A DNA stretch of 64,000 bases from the human T2T-CHM13v2.0 reference genome, Homo sapiens: the NCBI RefSeq assembly GCF_009914755.1, contig NC_060928.1; one strand, written 5' to 3'. Shown here piece by piece: positions 30,671 to 43,799 of this stretch. The position numbers and the translations under genes are program-made. Under the pieces are notes generated by a model. It saw nothing but the letters and a program-made list of their open reading frames with translations. It was not told the DNA's origin and made no database searches. Position 1 is the stretch's first letter. Each line of letters opens with the position of its first letter.

Positions 30671-30881
30671 GCGTTTTTTTTTTTTTTTTTTTTTTTGTAG
30701 AAACTCTCTCTACTGCAGTTCTACATCACTTAGTATTTTGGTCCTGTCTTCCATTTACGCTACTGAAGTGGTGTGTTATTTGCTGGTTTTCTTCCTTTCA
30801 GTGGGGAAACTAACTAATATGTATGTTTTCAGAGACTGTATTCCACAATAAATATCGTTTTGGGAGATTTTGAGGAAGGAA

Positions 30882-33268
30882 GTGCCATCCTCACTGTAAG
30901 GAGTGAGTTCTTAGCCTGTTAGTTCCTGGGAGAGCTGATTATTTAAAAAACTCTGGTACCTCCTTTCTCTCTGTCTCACTTTCTTCTTCTCTTGCTATGT
31001 GAACCCTGCTCCCCTTTGCCTTCCACCATGAGTGGGGAGCTTTCTGAAGCCCTCACCAGAATCAGATGCTGACACCATGCTTCTCGTACGATCTGCAGCA
31101 CTGGTAACAAAACAAAGTTCTTTTCTTTATAAATTACCTACCCTCAGTGTTTTATTTATAGCAACACAAATAGGCTAAAATAACAAATTGGTACTGATGA
31201 ATGGGGCATTGCTATCCCTAGCATCAGTGTCAAATCCAGAAAAATGTATTTCCTAAAAATATCAGATAGATACCAGAAAATGTATAAAGACATTTGGAAT
31301 TAAGTAATGGACAGAAGTTGGAAGAATTCAGAAGGCTCAGAAGAAGATAGGAAGACAAGGGAAAGTTTGGAATTTTTTGAGGCTGGTTAAGTGGTTGTGA
31401 CCAAAATGCTGATAGATATATAGATAGTAAAAGCCACGCTGATGAGGTCTCAAATGGAAATGAGAAATGTACAGGGAACTGAAAAAAAGAAGTCATTCTT
31501 GTTCTGCCCCAGCAAAGAACGTGGCTGCTTTGTGTACATGTCCTAAGGCTTTGTGAAAGGCCAAACTTAAGAATGATGATTTAGGTTATCTGGTGGAAGA
31601 AATTTCTAAATGCTAAAGCATACAAAATGTGGCCTGGCTACTTCTAACAATCTATGACCAGACATGGGAGCAAAGGAATGATATAAAGTTGGATCTTGTA
31701 ACTAAAAAGAAAACAGAGTGTATAAATCAGGGAAATTTGAAACCTGGTCATGTGGTAAAGAAGGAAAAAGCATTTTCAGGACAGGAATCCAAGGGGACTG
31801 GGAAGTAACAACTTGCTAGAGAAATCATTATGACTAAAAGCAAGTCAGGTGCTAATAGTCAAGGTAATGGGGAAAAATCCCTGAGGGCACATCAGAAATG
31901 TTTAAGGGAGCCCCTCTCAACACAGAGCAGAGGCCCAGAAGAATAGAATGGTCTGGGGAGGAGGCAAGCCCAGGTTGCCTGTGCTAACTCAGAGTGCTGC
32001 TCCCCACCAAACCCCTGACCAGGCTGCTCTGGATCTAGGCTCAGCTCAAAGGGTCCTAGGTACTGCTTGGATAATTACTTTGTGGGGGCACACGCCATAA
32101 GCCTTGGCAGCTCCCATGTGGGATTAAGTTTTAGGTGCCTAGAATGCAAGAATGGTAGAAGCTTGGCCATTTCCAAGGTTTCAGAGGATATACGGAAAAA
32201 CATGGGTGCCCAGACAGAAGCCTGCCGTAGGGACAGAGCTTCTGCAGAGAGGCTTTACTAAGGCAGTACTGAGGTGAAATGTGGGGTTGGTGGCTCCACA
32301 AACAGTTCCCACTGGGAGACTGCCTAAAAGAGTTGTGAGAATGGAGCCACATCCCTCCAGACCCCAGCAAGTTAGAGCCTCGAGCAGCATGCACACCTGT
32401 AGCCTGGAAAAGCTGCAGGCAATTGCCTCAAACCCTAAGAATAGCCACACGGCCTACACGCAGCAGAGCTGGGGAGACAGAATTGCCTGAGGCCTTGGAG
32501 CCCACCTGTTACACCAGTGTGCCTAGGATGCCTGACATGGAGTCAAGGAAAATCATTTTGGAGCTTATATTTAATGTCTGCCCTGCTAGGTTGTGCATGT
32601 GGCCTGTTACCCTTTTTATTTGTTTGATTTCTCCCTTTTGAATGGGAATGTTTACCCTCTGCCTCTACCACCATTGTATGTTGGAAGTAAATAACTTGTT
32701 TTTGAACTTATAGGCACAGAGCTGGAAGGAACTTGCCTTGACTCTCAAGGCTTTTGACTTTGGATCTTTGAGTTGGTGCTGAAATAAGACTTTTGGGGAC
32801 GATTGAGGAAGAGTGATTGTATTTTGCAATGTGAGAAGGATACAAGCTTTTGGGGTGAAATGATATAGTTTGGATGTGTGTCTCCTCAAATCCTCATGTA
32901 GAAATTGGATCACAAAGATTGGAGGTAGGTTCTGATGGGAGGTGTTTGGGTCCTCAGGGTGGATCCCTCATGAATAGCCTTGTGTCATCTCTATAATAAG
33001 TTCTCACTCTATTTATTCCTGCAAGAACTGATTATTAAAAAGACCCTGGCACCTCCCTTCTGTCTCTTGCTTCATTCTGCTCTCACTATGTGATGTCAGC
33101 TCCTCTTCACCTTCCATCATGAGTGGAAGCTTCCTGAGGTCCTCACCAGAAACAGAAGACAGTGCCGTGCTTCTTGTACAACCGGAAAAACCATAAGCCG
33201 AATAAGTCTCTTTTCTTTATATGTTACGCAGCCTCAGGTTTTCCTTTAGAGCAATGCAGACTGCTACA
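30882..33268 (+). mobile_element. MST (MSTB-like) MaLR provirus: partial 5' LTR, ~1.7-kb internal region, complete 3' LTR
   Basis: The 5' LTR remnant spans 30882 to about 31182. The internal region begins aattggtactgatgaatggggcattgctat and includes aaggctcagaagaagataggaag and gtggttgtgaccaaaatgctgata. The 3' LTR is 32861-33268 (tgatatagtttggatgtgtgtc...gcagactgctaca). Confidence 0.92.
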
Positions 33269-36200
33269 AATTTACACCCACCATCTCTTTTTAACTGCTG
33301 GCCCTGTGGACTCCTAAGCCCAGCATCAGACACACACACACAAAAACAGACTTACCAACCTCCACAAATGCTTATGGCCTAAGCCTTGACTGAAAACCTA
33401 AGCAAATATTCAAATTCATAAAATGACAGATATGGATAAATTGAAATATAATTAATTTACTTTGAAAAGTGAATAAATGATTGATATTTTCCCCAAGTGC
33501 AATTGGTTAAACTTTCAAAAAACAGAAGCATACTATGCACAAATGTTCCCAGGGCAGAGAGAAAATATTATTTTATATCAGCATATTAAAATGCCAGTAT
33601 ATTATCTACTAAAATACTGAAATATTTCCATGTCCACTCATAAAAATAATATTACATTTATTAATTACCTCCACATGGTTATAGAAATCAGACATACATT
33701 GCCATTTCAAGAAATACATTTTTCTGGATTTGACACTGAAGCTAGGGATTCTACTGCAGCTATTTTATTTGCTTCAGTTTTCTGGCATTGCCACTAGATT
33801 TAGTCTTCCAGAGGAAAGGGAAACTTCCAAGTTAAGTTAAAAGGAATATGTTGTGTAAATCTTTGAGAGAAATGCCTAAGGGGAAAGCTTGACTTAGTTC
33901 AGATTGCCTCTGCAGAATGTGTTGGGGTCTATGGTGACAGACAAATGTTTTCATGATAGCCTACTCCCAATGGTTTGTGATATTTGAAAAAAAAAATCCC
34001 CTAAGTATAGGCAGTGCTTTCTATCCATTTTCAAAAGTTATCACGAACAAGCATCAACTTGAGACCTTGTTTACAAACCTCTGCAAGTAACAGTGGATCC
34101 ACCCCTTCCATCCTCTTATCACAGGTACCATAGTTGCATTTGTGTACACATATAACTTGTATAATCACATTATCTTATGTATATGTATATATATATCCAA
34201 ATATACATTTGTCAAAGTAATTAATAGACAAAAATCTGAAAACTTCACATGCAGAAACATAAAAATTTAGTGAAATTTATGTCTATAAAATAACATAGTT
34301 AAGTATTTGGGAGGTATAGCTTTCTAAATATCTATTTATCTGTTTATACCTATCCATTTACCATTTATCCTTCTATCAATTTATTCATCCACCTATTTCT
34401 CCTTTTATGTACTTATCTATCATTTTAGCTGTTTTGCTGCATTATAATAGCTTAAACAGAAAATCACGGAAGACATTCATTGGCTTTCCTGCCATTATTT
34501 ACTATTTGTTCAAATGTTTATTCTTTCAATAATGAGTTATGCAGAAGAGAAGTTAAAAAATAAAAAAATGGACTGCAAATAGAAAGTAAACATTTAGCTA
34601 TTTTTAAATGAAATTTTGTGACAAATGATAGATTCACAATAGAGTAAATCATTCAGTGACTAGAATATTTATCTTAAATTATACCATTATTTTTCATATT
34701 TATGGCTATTGTTAGCAAAATCGTTTTGGTCTGAATCATCATAAAGTGATTTACTTTATGCCATCTTTGCCCCAAGCCCTAAGGAGTAATGATATCTTTT
34801 AAATAAGCAAGAACTACAATAATTCTTAAAAGCAATATACAATGTTTCTCTTGAAACAGATAGAGTAGAATTAAAATTCTACATGGGTTTTTGCCCAAGT
34901 TTGTCATTTATATAAATTTTTAGCTCTTCTACTATTATTACTATAAATTTGTCTATAAGAAAGCACACTTTAAAATCCCACAGAAGCCATTGAAACAAGA
35001 GGCATTAAATCTGTACTTCATAATTCATGTATGTAGTAATGTTATCAGTAAACATACTGTGTTTAACGAAGACACGTAGCTAACTCTATCATAAACCTAT
35101 GTCGTTGTGAAATAACTACCAGCCATTTGGACAGTTATGAGTCTTGTTTAGAACATAAATGTAAAGAACAGATACATTTACCAAATAAAAATAAAATCTC
35201 TGCTTTGGATCAAGTGAAGGTTAATTAATCTAAGATTCTAATTCAATCCAATAGTTAATATGCAACAAAATTTTTACCTCATCTCTCTCAAAACGTATTA
35301 TATTTTTATATGTGAATAGTTAATGAAATTCCACTTCTCATTATTAAAGAAACTTGGAAAAATTATTGCATTTTAAATGCACTGTGAAATGCAATCACAT
35401 TTAACCTTCATTTAAAAGTGTAAATATATAATTTCCTGTTAATATAGAACAGAAGAACTCTGAAAAATTAATCAAAACATTCTGACTTAATTTCTTAGGG
35501 CATCAACACAAATTAACATAAAATATTTGCTCAATAATTCCGTAAGGCAAATAATAACAAAGCTCCTAGTAGAAATAAGCAGAAGAGGATGAGAAACAGT
35601 AGCATATAATTTTAGGATACACTGTATTACAACAGTGATGTGAAAGTTTATAATTGATTAATGGACATTGTACCATAGACCAAATCCGTTAAGCTCTTAT
35701 TTATTCTGTTACCATACTCTGGTTTATAAGCTGGAATATTTAAACACTATTTCAATTTTAGAGGAAAATAGTGGCTAGCTAATAATCAATTATACATTTT
35801 GTTTTGCATTATATTTTTTGACCAGGGATGTGGTCTTTGATGACATATATTTGAGGTTCCTGTGGCAGAGACTCTGTGGTATTTCCCTGCATGCTGTTTG
35901 TCAGTCCAGGTAGTCTATTAAAACAGTTGATTTCTTCTTTGCTTAACAGCAACAAAAAAGGCTCTTTTAAAGATTAATTTTATAATGTCATGAAAAATAT
36001 TTTTAAAATATACTATTTGTAATATCAATATAGTTGCTTAGAGATTAATGTACTTGTCATTGAAACAGCCTGGAATATTTTTATTAATTTTCCAATGCTC
36101 TAAAAAGATATTATAGAAATGTTTTCTTTGTAGCATGTCTAATGTTTCGGAACAGTTATTGGATTACTTTAGAAAGCTATTTGTTAATGCTAAGAAAGAG

Positions 36201-36418
36201 AAGCATTTTGATTAGATATGTTGAAGCTTGTTTGGAAAGACAAGTGATAAGGCAATAATTTCATTTTATTGTTACTCTTTCTTTTGAAATGTTTTGAATT
36301 TATAAGAGCATAACAAAATAACGCAGATTTTTTTTCATGAAATTAAGTGTTCTTTACTGCTGCCTTCGTGAGGTGGAGGTGTAACAAATCTATTCTTTTC
36401 TTAGAATAAACATATATA

Positions 36419-36588
36419 GGCCAGGCATGGTGGCTCACACCTGTAATCCCAGCACTTTGGGAGGCTGAGGCGGGCGGATCATGAGGTCAGGAGTTTGAGA
36501 CCAGCCTGACCAATATGATGAAACCCCGTCTCTACTACAAATACAAAAATTAGCCGGGCATGGTGGCAGGCACCTGGAATCCCAGCTA
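36419..36588 (+). mobile_element. AluS truncated at its 3' end
   Basis: Left arm, linker and start of the right arm, ending abruptly at cctggaatcccagcta; no tail. Confidence 0.92.
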
Positions 36589-36591
36589 GTA

Positions 36592-36636
36592 GAATTAGCA
36601 AATATGGAATCTGCAAATAATGAGGATTGACAATAC
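36592..36636. mobile_element. Tigger-family terminal inverted repeat remnant
   Basis: aattagcaaatatggaatctgcaaataatgaggattgacaata resembles a CpG-decayed Tigger-type terminus; the family is not certain. Confidence 0.55.
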
Positions 36637-36639
36637 AAT

Positions 36640-37950
36640 ATTAGAACATCATAAATAATGGAGGTTTCGCTTCTTTTGAAAGCAGAGTACAACGAGGGAG
36701 TTCGTGAGTTCCCAGGAAAGGTGTAGTTGTTATTTTAAATGGGTAAATCAGGGCATCCCGGAGAAAATGAAATTTCAGTAAAGGTCTGGAGCAGGTAAGG
36801 AGGGTGGGTATTTGTTATCTAGTGTGTAACATTCCAAGAAAAATGAGTAAAAATCACCAATATGTGAAGCTAGAAGCATTCCTGAAATATTAGCCCAAGA
36901 GCAAGGAGGTCATAGGGCCTGGAAGGGCAGAGAGAGAGAGAGAGAGGAGTTGCAGAGGAGGTCAGAGAAGTAATATGAAGAATCAGTTCCTGTGGGTTTT
37001 TTGTGCCCCACTAAAGATTTCTGCTTATATGTTAAATACAACAATAAGTCATTGCACAAGGACTGACTTACATTTTAAATCAGCCTCTCTGGGTGTTCTG
37101 TGGTGAAAAAACAAAAGGAGGAGGGAGGGATGATGGTCAAAGGAAAAAAGCAAAAAAACCTGTATACATTAGGCATTCTTTGTGGTGTGTGGAGAGTAGG
37201 GGCAAGAGGTCAGATTCATATTCATATTCATATTCATATCAGTGGAAGTATTGAGAACTAGTAACGCTCTGAATATAGTTTTAAGGTATTGAACGTAGGA
37301 CATGAGAAAAAAAATAAAAAGAGAATAGGAAAAGAAGAGCAACCAGTCAAGGTGACTGAGAAGGACTACTAGTGAAGTAGAAAAAAAATGAGGAGAGAGT
37401 GGTGTTTAGTACCCAAAAGAAGTAGTGCGTCAAGATTGAGCATGTTAAGCTTTGTCAAAGGCTACTAATAAATAAATTATATTGAGAAGGGAACATTTTG
37501 ACACTTAATTTGACAGCATAGAAATTATTGTAGTATTTATGTGGAACTCTAGGAGGGAAATCTTGGTTGAACTGGATTTAAGAGAGAATGGAAAGTGAGA
37601 ATTTGAAGGTGGTTAGCCTAAAGTATTTCTTAAGAGATTTGCAAAAAAAATGGAAACAGCTTTGGTATATAGTGATTCAAGAAAAAAATGTGTTTAAAAA
37701 ATTGTAAGATAGGAAAATAACTATGTTTTTATGACGATGAAAAATCATTTTTTTATGTGGGGGAGAGCCAAAAGTATTCCCGGGCCATGTACATAAGTAG
37801 TCAAAAGATGAAAGAAGAGAAGGTAAACTCAAAGAAAACAAAGTATTGAATTTAGGCAGAATCATGATAGTATTACATCTATAGCAACATCAAGAATACA
37901 GTCAGTATTTGCAAATACTGGCAAGTAAGAAAAATGTGCTTGTGAGAATA
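36640..37950 (-). mobile_element. L2 fragment
   Basis: tattttaaatgggtaaatcagggc...agcaaggaggtcatagggcctgga...gaggtcagagaagtaa...caaggtgactgagaaggactactagtgaagtag...ggttgaactggatttaagagagaatgg. Confidence 0.75.
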
Positions 37951-37960
37951 TGTATATACT

Positions 37961-40900
37961 TTTTAAAAAACTTTTAAGTTCAAGGGTACAAGTACAGGTT
38001 TCTTATGTAGGTAAATGTGTGTCATGGGATTTTGTTGTACAGATTAGTTAATCACCCAGGTATTAGGCCTAGTACTTATTCATTGTTTTTCCTGATGCTC
38101 TTTCTCTTCCCACTCTCCACCCATCAAAAGGACCCAGTGTGTATTGTACCCCTCTATGCATCCATGTGTTCTCACCATTTACCTTTCACTTATAAGTGGG
38201 AAAATACCATATTTGATTTTCTGTTCCTGTGTTACTTGCCAAGGATAATGACCTCCATATCCATCCACGTCCCTATGTCCCTGCCAACAAACAAAACAAA
38301 ACAAACAAACAAACAAAAATTGATTTTTCTTAATGGCTGCATAGTTTTCCATGGTCTTCTTTTGAGAAGTGCCTGTTTATTTCCTTTGCCCACATTTTAA
38401 TGGAGTTGTTTGTTTTTCACTTGTTTGTCTAAGTTTCTCATATTTGCCCACATTTTAATGGAGTTGTTTGTTTTTTACTTGTTTGTCTAAGTTCCTCGTA
38501 GATGCTGGATATTAGACATTTGTTGGATGCCTATTTTGTGAAAAATTCTCTCATCTGTAGATTATCTGTTTACTAATTTGATAGTTTCTTTTGCTGTGCA
38601 GAATCTTTTTAGTTTAATTATATCACAATTGTCCATTTTTACTTTTGTTGAAATTGCTTTTGGCATCTTTGTCATAAACTCTTTGCTCATAGCTATGTTC
38701 TGAATGGAATTGCCTAGGTTATCTTCCAGGGTTTTTATAGTTTTGGGTTTCCCATTTAAGTCTTTAATCCATATTGAGTTAATTTTTGTATATAGTGTAA
38801 GGAAGTGGTTCAGTTTCCATCTTCTGCATGTGGTAAAACAGTTATCCCAGCACCATTTATTAAATAGGGAATCATTTTCCAATTGCTTGTTTTTGTGAGG
38901 TTTGTTAAAGATCAGATGGTTGTAGGTGTGTGGTCTTATTTCTGAGTTCTCTATTCTGTTCCATTGGTCTATGTGTCTGTTCTTGTACTTGTACCATACT
39001 GTTTTGGTTACTGTAGCCTTGTAGTGTAGTTTGAAGTCAGGTAATGTGATGCCTCCAGCTTTATTATTTTTGCTTAGGATTGCCTTGGCTATATGGACTC
39101 TTTCTTGATTCCATATGAATTATAAAATAGTTTTTCTACTTATGTGAAGAATGTCAATGATAGCTTAATGGGAATAGTATTGAATCTTTGAATTGCTTTG
39201 GGCTCTACAGCCATTTTGTTGATATTGATTCTTTTTTTTTTCATGAGTATGCAATGTTTTTCCATTTGTTTGTGTCATTTCTGATTTCTTTGAGGAGCGG
39301 TTTGTAGCTCTTCTTGTAGAGATCTTTCACCTTCCTGGTTAGCTGTATTCCTAGGTATTTTGTTTCTTTCTGTGGAAATTTGAATGAGAGTTCATTTGTG
39401 ATTTGACTCTTGGCTTGACTATTCTTGGTGTATAGGAATGCTAGCGACTTTTGCACATTGATTTTTTTATCCTAAGATATTGCTGAAGTTGCTTATCAGC
39501 TTAAGAAGTTTTTTGGCTGAGACAATGGGGTTTTCTTGATATAGGTTTATGTCATCTGCAACTAGGGATAGTTTGGCTTCTTCTCTTCCTATTTGAATGC
39601 CTCTGTTTTTCTTTTGCCTGATTGCCCTGGCCACAACTTCCAATACTATGTTGAATAGGATTGTTGAGAGAAGGCATTCTTGTCTTGTGCCAGTTTTCAA
39701 GGGGAATGCTTCCAGCTTTTGCCCATTCAGCATGATATTGGCTGTGGGTTTGTCATATATGGCTCTTAATATTTTGAGGTATGTTCCTTCAATACCTAGT
39801 TTACTGAGAGTTTTTAGCATGAAAGGATATTGAATTTTATCAAAAGCCTTTTGTGCATCTATTCAGATAATCATGTGGCTTTTGTTTTTAGTTTTGTTTA
39901 TGTGATGAATCACATTTATTGATTTGCAAATATTGAACCAACTTTGCTTCCTAGAGATGAAGCCTACTTGATCATGGTGGATAAGCTTTTTGATGTGCTG
40001 CTGGATTCAGTTTGCCAGTAGTTTGTTGAGGATTTTTGCATCAATGTTCATCAAGGATATTGACCTGAAGTTTTGTTTGTTGTATCTCTGCCAGTTTTTA
40101 GTATCAGGATGATGACTTCATAGAATGAGTTAGGGATGAATCTCTCCTTTTCACATTTTTGGATTACTTTCTGAAGGAATTATACCAGCTCTTCTTTGTG
40201 CATCTGGTAAAAGTCAGCCATGAATCCATCTGATCCTGTCATTTTCTGATTGGTAGGCTATTTATTACTGCCTCAACTTCGGCACTGTTTATTGGTCTGT
40301 TCAGGTATTGAATTTCTTCCTGGTTCAGTCTTGGGAGGGTGTATGTGTATCTATGTATCTATTTCTTCTAGATTTTCTAGTTTATGTGCATAGAGTTGTT
40401 TATAATATCCTCGATAGTTGTTTGTATTTCTGTGGGATTGTGGTAATATCCCCCTTATGGTTTCTGATTGTGCTTATATGAGTCTTGTCTCTTGCCTACT
40501 TTATTAGTCTAGATAGTGGTGTACCTATTTTATTAATTTTTTTTCAAAAAAAAAAACGGCTCCTGAATTTGTTGACCTTTTGAATGTTTTTTCATATATC
40601 CATCTCCTTGAGTTTAGCTCTGATTTTGGTTATTTATTGTCTTCTGCTAGCTTTGGAATGTGTTTGCTCTTGGTTCTCTAGTTCTTTTAGTTGTGATGTT
40701 AGGTTGTTAAATTGAGATCTTTCTAACTTTTTGATGTGAGCATTTAGTGCTATAAATTTCCATCTTAACCCTGGATTAACTGTGTTGCAGGGATTCTGGT
40801 ACGTTATATCTTTGTCCTCATTAGTTTCAAAAAACTTCTTGATTTCTACCTTAGTTTCATTATTTCCCCAAAAGTCATTCAGAAGCAGGTTATTCAATTT

Positions 40901-41812
40901 CCATGTAATTACATGGTTTTGAGTTAATTTCTTAGTCTTGAGTTCTAATTTGATTATGCTGAGGTTTGGGAGACTGTTATTTCAGTTATTTTGCATTTGC
41001 TCAGGAGTGTTTTACTTCTATTTATCTGATTGATTTTAGAGTGCCATATGGCAATGAAAAGAATGTGTATTCTATTGTTTTGGGGTGAAGAGTTCTGCAG
41101 GTATCTATCAGGTTCATTTGATCCAGTACTGAATACAGGTCCTGAATATCTTTGTTAATTTTCTGTGTTGATGATCAGTCTAATATTGTCTGTGGGTTAA
41201 AGTCTTCCACTATCATTGTGTGGGAGTCTGTCTCTTTGAAGGTCTCTAAAAACTTGTTTTATGAATCTGGTTGCTCCTGTGTTGAGTGCATATATATTTA
41301 GGATAGTCAGCTCTTCTGGTTGAATTGACTTCTTTAATGCCCCTTTTTTTGGTCTTATTTCATCTTTGTTAGTTTAAAAACTGTTATGTCAGAAACTAGG
41401 GTTGCAACCTTTGCTTTTTTCTGCTTTTCATTCACATGGTAGATTTTCCTCCATCACTTTATTTTGAGCCTATGTGTGTCATTGCAAGTGAGATGGGGCC
41501 CTTGAAGACAGCATACCAATGGGTTTTGGTTCTTTACCCAGCTTGCCATGCTGTGATATTTTTACTGGGGCATTTAACTCATTTACATGTAAGGTTAGTA
41601 TTGATGTGTGTAGATTTAATCTTCTCATCATGATGTTAGCTAGTTATATTGCAGACTTGTTTATGTCATTGCTTTATAACGTTACTAGTTTGTGTATTTC
41701 AGTGTATTTTTGTGGTGGCTGGTAATCGTCTTTCCTTTCCATATTTAGCGCTTTCTTCAGAAGCTCTGTTGGTAACAAATTATCTCAGTATTTACTTCTC
41801 TGAAAAGGATCT
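37961..41812 (-). mobile_element. ~3.9-kb 5'-truncated L1PA (about PA12-13), from the ORF1 3' end to the 3'UTR
   Basis: 3'UTR aagttcaagggtacaagtacagg...cagattagttaatcacccaggtattaggcctagtac. ORF2 peptide remnants include [39 protein letters not shown] and NNLLLNDFW. Internal deletion near 38354, 58-bp tandem duplication at 38385-38500, (CAAA)n insert at about 38287-38320. Confidence 0.95.
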
Positions 41813-42559
41813 CTGAATCATTTTGAACATTGTTTTCCCGAATTAAATTGTAACTGATAGACACAATTATGTGTTTTTTTCTAGTCATTTGTGTTCATAA
41901 ATTTGCATGTGTGGAATAGGTGATGTGTTTAATTTGAGTTTTAGTTTTGCTAATAAGTAACACAAAACAGAACATCAAGGGACAGTGTTATATTTATTAA
42001 ACGTTAAGCATCCAAGACTTCATGATGATCTCATCCAAGATATCATTTCTTTAAATTTGCCTGACACACACACACATAAACTTTCTGCTAACCAGGGAGG
42101 TTTTAATCACCTTATTAAAAGATTCAGTGATGCAGTAGCTTTCCAACTGATGGTCTACCTTTTATGTCTCAACGTGCCCCTAGTTGATATTAATTTATTC
42201 TACACATTGCCAGCAGATTAATCTTTATGATACACTATTTCACAAATAATATATTTTATAATTACAAAACCATGCATGTCTCCTTTGTGAGAAATCACAG
42301 GATAACATAAAAGCTTTGTTTATTACTCTTAACATTAGAGAAAACCAATTAACCTCCTTTTTGCATTTTTTTCTGTTAATTTCATGGAAATTATTATGTG
42401 TCAGTGACAGAAAATATTTTAATACTGTTTAAGTAGTGATAACTGTTAGTTAAAAATCACAAACAATTTATTTGATCTTGCCCAATTAAAATATTTTAGT
42501 CATTTTATGGTTTAATATTTTTTGAAAATATTTGTAATTTCTGTAGTTAAAGTCCTTTA

Positions 42560-43421
42560 TTAGATTCCATTTTATTTCCCAAAGATCCACATAAGCTACT
42601 GATGAGAAATCAATTTATTTCTCTAGTAATGACTCATGCCTAAGCTCAAAATTTATATATTTTACTTAGTTTTACTTCCTGCTTGATTTTTCACTTGGAT
42701 ATTGAATGGGAAATTCAAGCATAATATCTCCAAACATCTTGTTTCAACTCTACCATGTCCCTGTCACAACCTACTCCCTGTGTCTTTTGCATTGCAGTAA
42801 ATTGTACCATTATTCACCTAGATGTTCATTCTCAAACATGATAATGTTTGATTTTACTCTTTCTACCTCACCAATACACCATCGAATACCGTCTGTTCTA
42901 CCTTCATGCAGCCTCAACAATACAATCTCCCATTTCAGAGTTCTACTCAATTCCTTATCTGGAGTTATGCTTTCAAATATCAAACCTTCTTACAGTTTCT
43001 CATCTCTCTTACAATGAGGTTTAAACTCCTACAATGCCCTGTACAAACTGTCTTCTCAAGACCTTTCCAAATTAATCTCTCATTTACCTTCCCATTATCA
43101 CACACTTCATGTTAGATAGGCTTGCTACTTTTCACTCCATAAGAATGCTAAGCCAGTTCTGCCTTACCTAGGAACTTTACTCTTGGATTTTTTCACCAGA
43201 GAAACATTTCCCTCAGATCTTATCACAGTGTCACATCAGTATTTTTCAAATGGTACTTCCTGAGAGATGTCATTAGTAACTTTCCTATGTAAAATAGTCA
43301 TCAACCTTGTGAGCCTCTCTCACTTCATTCTGCTTTTTGTCTCTTCCTTTTTTTCTAATCTACACTTAACCATCAGATCTCATACTTCTATCTAGATGTA
43401 CAGATTATCTCACCTTCAATT

Positions 43422-43461
<40 letters not shown>

Positions 43462-43620
43462 TTTGTTGTAGTTACTTCTATTCATTTCTAGCCTCTCCAT
43501 CTCATAACTTTATGACTACAGGACGATTTGTTTTTTTGTTCACTATTCTATCATCAGTGCCTAAATCGAGTTCTTCTTAATATGATAAATGTTTAATAAG
43601 TATTGGTTGAAAGAAAGAAG
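42560..43620 (+). mobile_element. L2 3' portion containing an (AC)n repeat
   Basis: tcacttggatattgaatgggaaattcaagc...gcagtaaattgtaccattattcacctagatg..., with terminus gttcactattctatcatcagtgccta...aataagtattggttgaaagaaag. Confidence 0.78.
43424..43458. repeat. (AC)17 microsatellite
   Basis: Read directly. Confidence 0.97.
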
Positions 43621-43799
43621 AAAATATGAAAGGAGAGAAGAAAGGAAGGGGAAAAAGAAGAAAGGCATTGCAAAATCTGAATCCCAAGGTATGATAATTT
43701 TTTAAATGCCACTTAATTTTAATATCCTTCTTTGACAAAGCTGGAACAACAAAAAAGATGACTTCTTTGCTCAGTTATCATAGGAAGTGTTATGCAAAA

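Noticed and set aside
30674-30705. Strong splice-acceptor-like T tract followed by GTAG
   Set aside because: No supportable downstream exon or donor; a mononucleotide run at an L2 edge explains it.
32067-32913. Cluster of overlapping ORFs in higher-GC sequence
   Set aside because: All lie in the decayed MST internal region and LTR; none is an intact retroviral gene.
38562-40897. Reverse transcriptase / endonuclease-like ORFs (also 62460-63838)
   Set aside because: Frameshifted L1 ORF2 remnants in truncated elements; not a novel RT system and not active.
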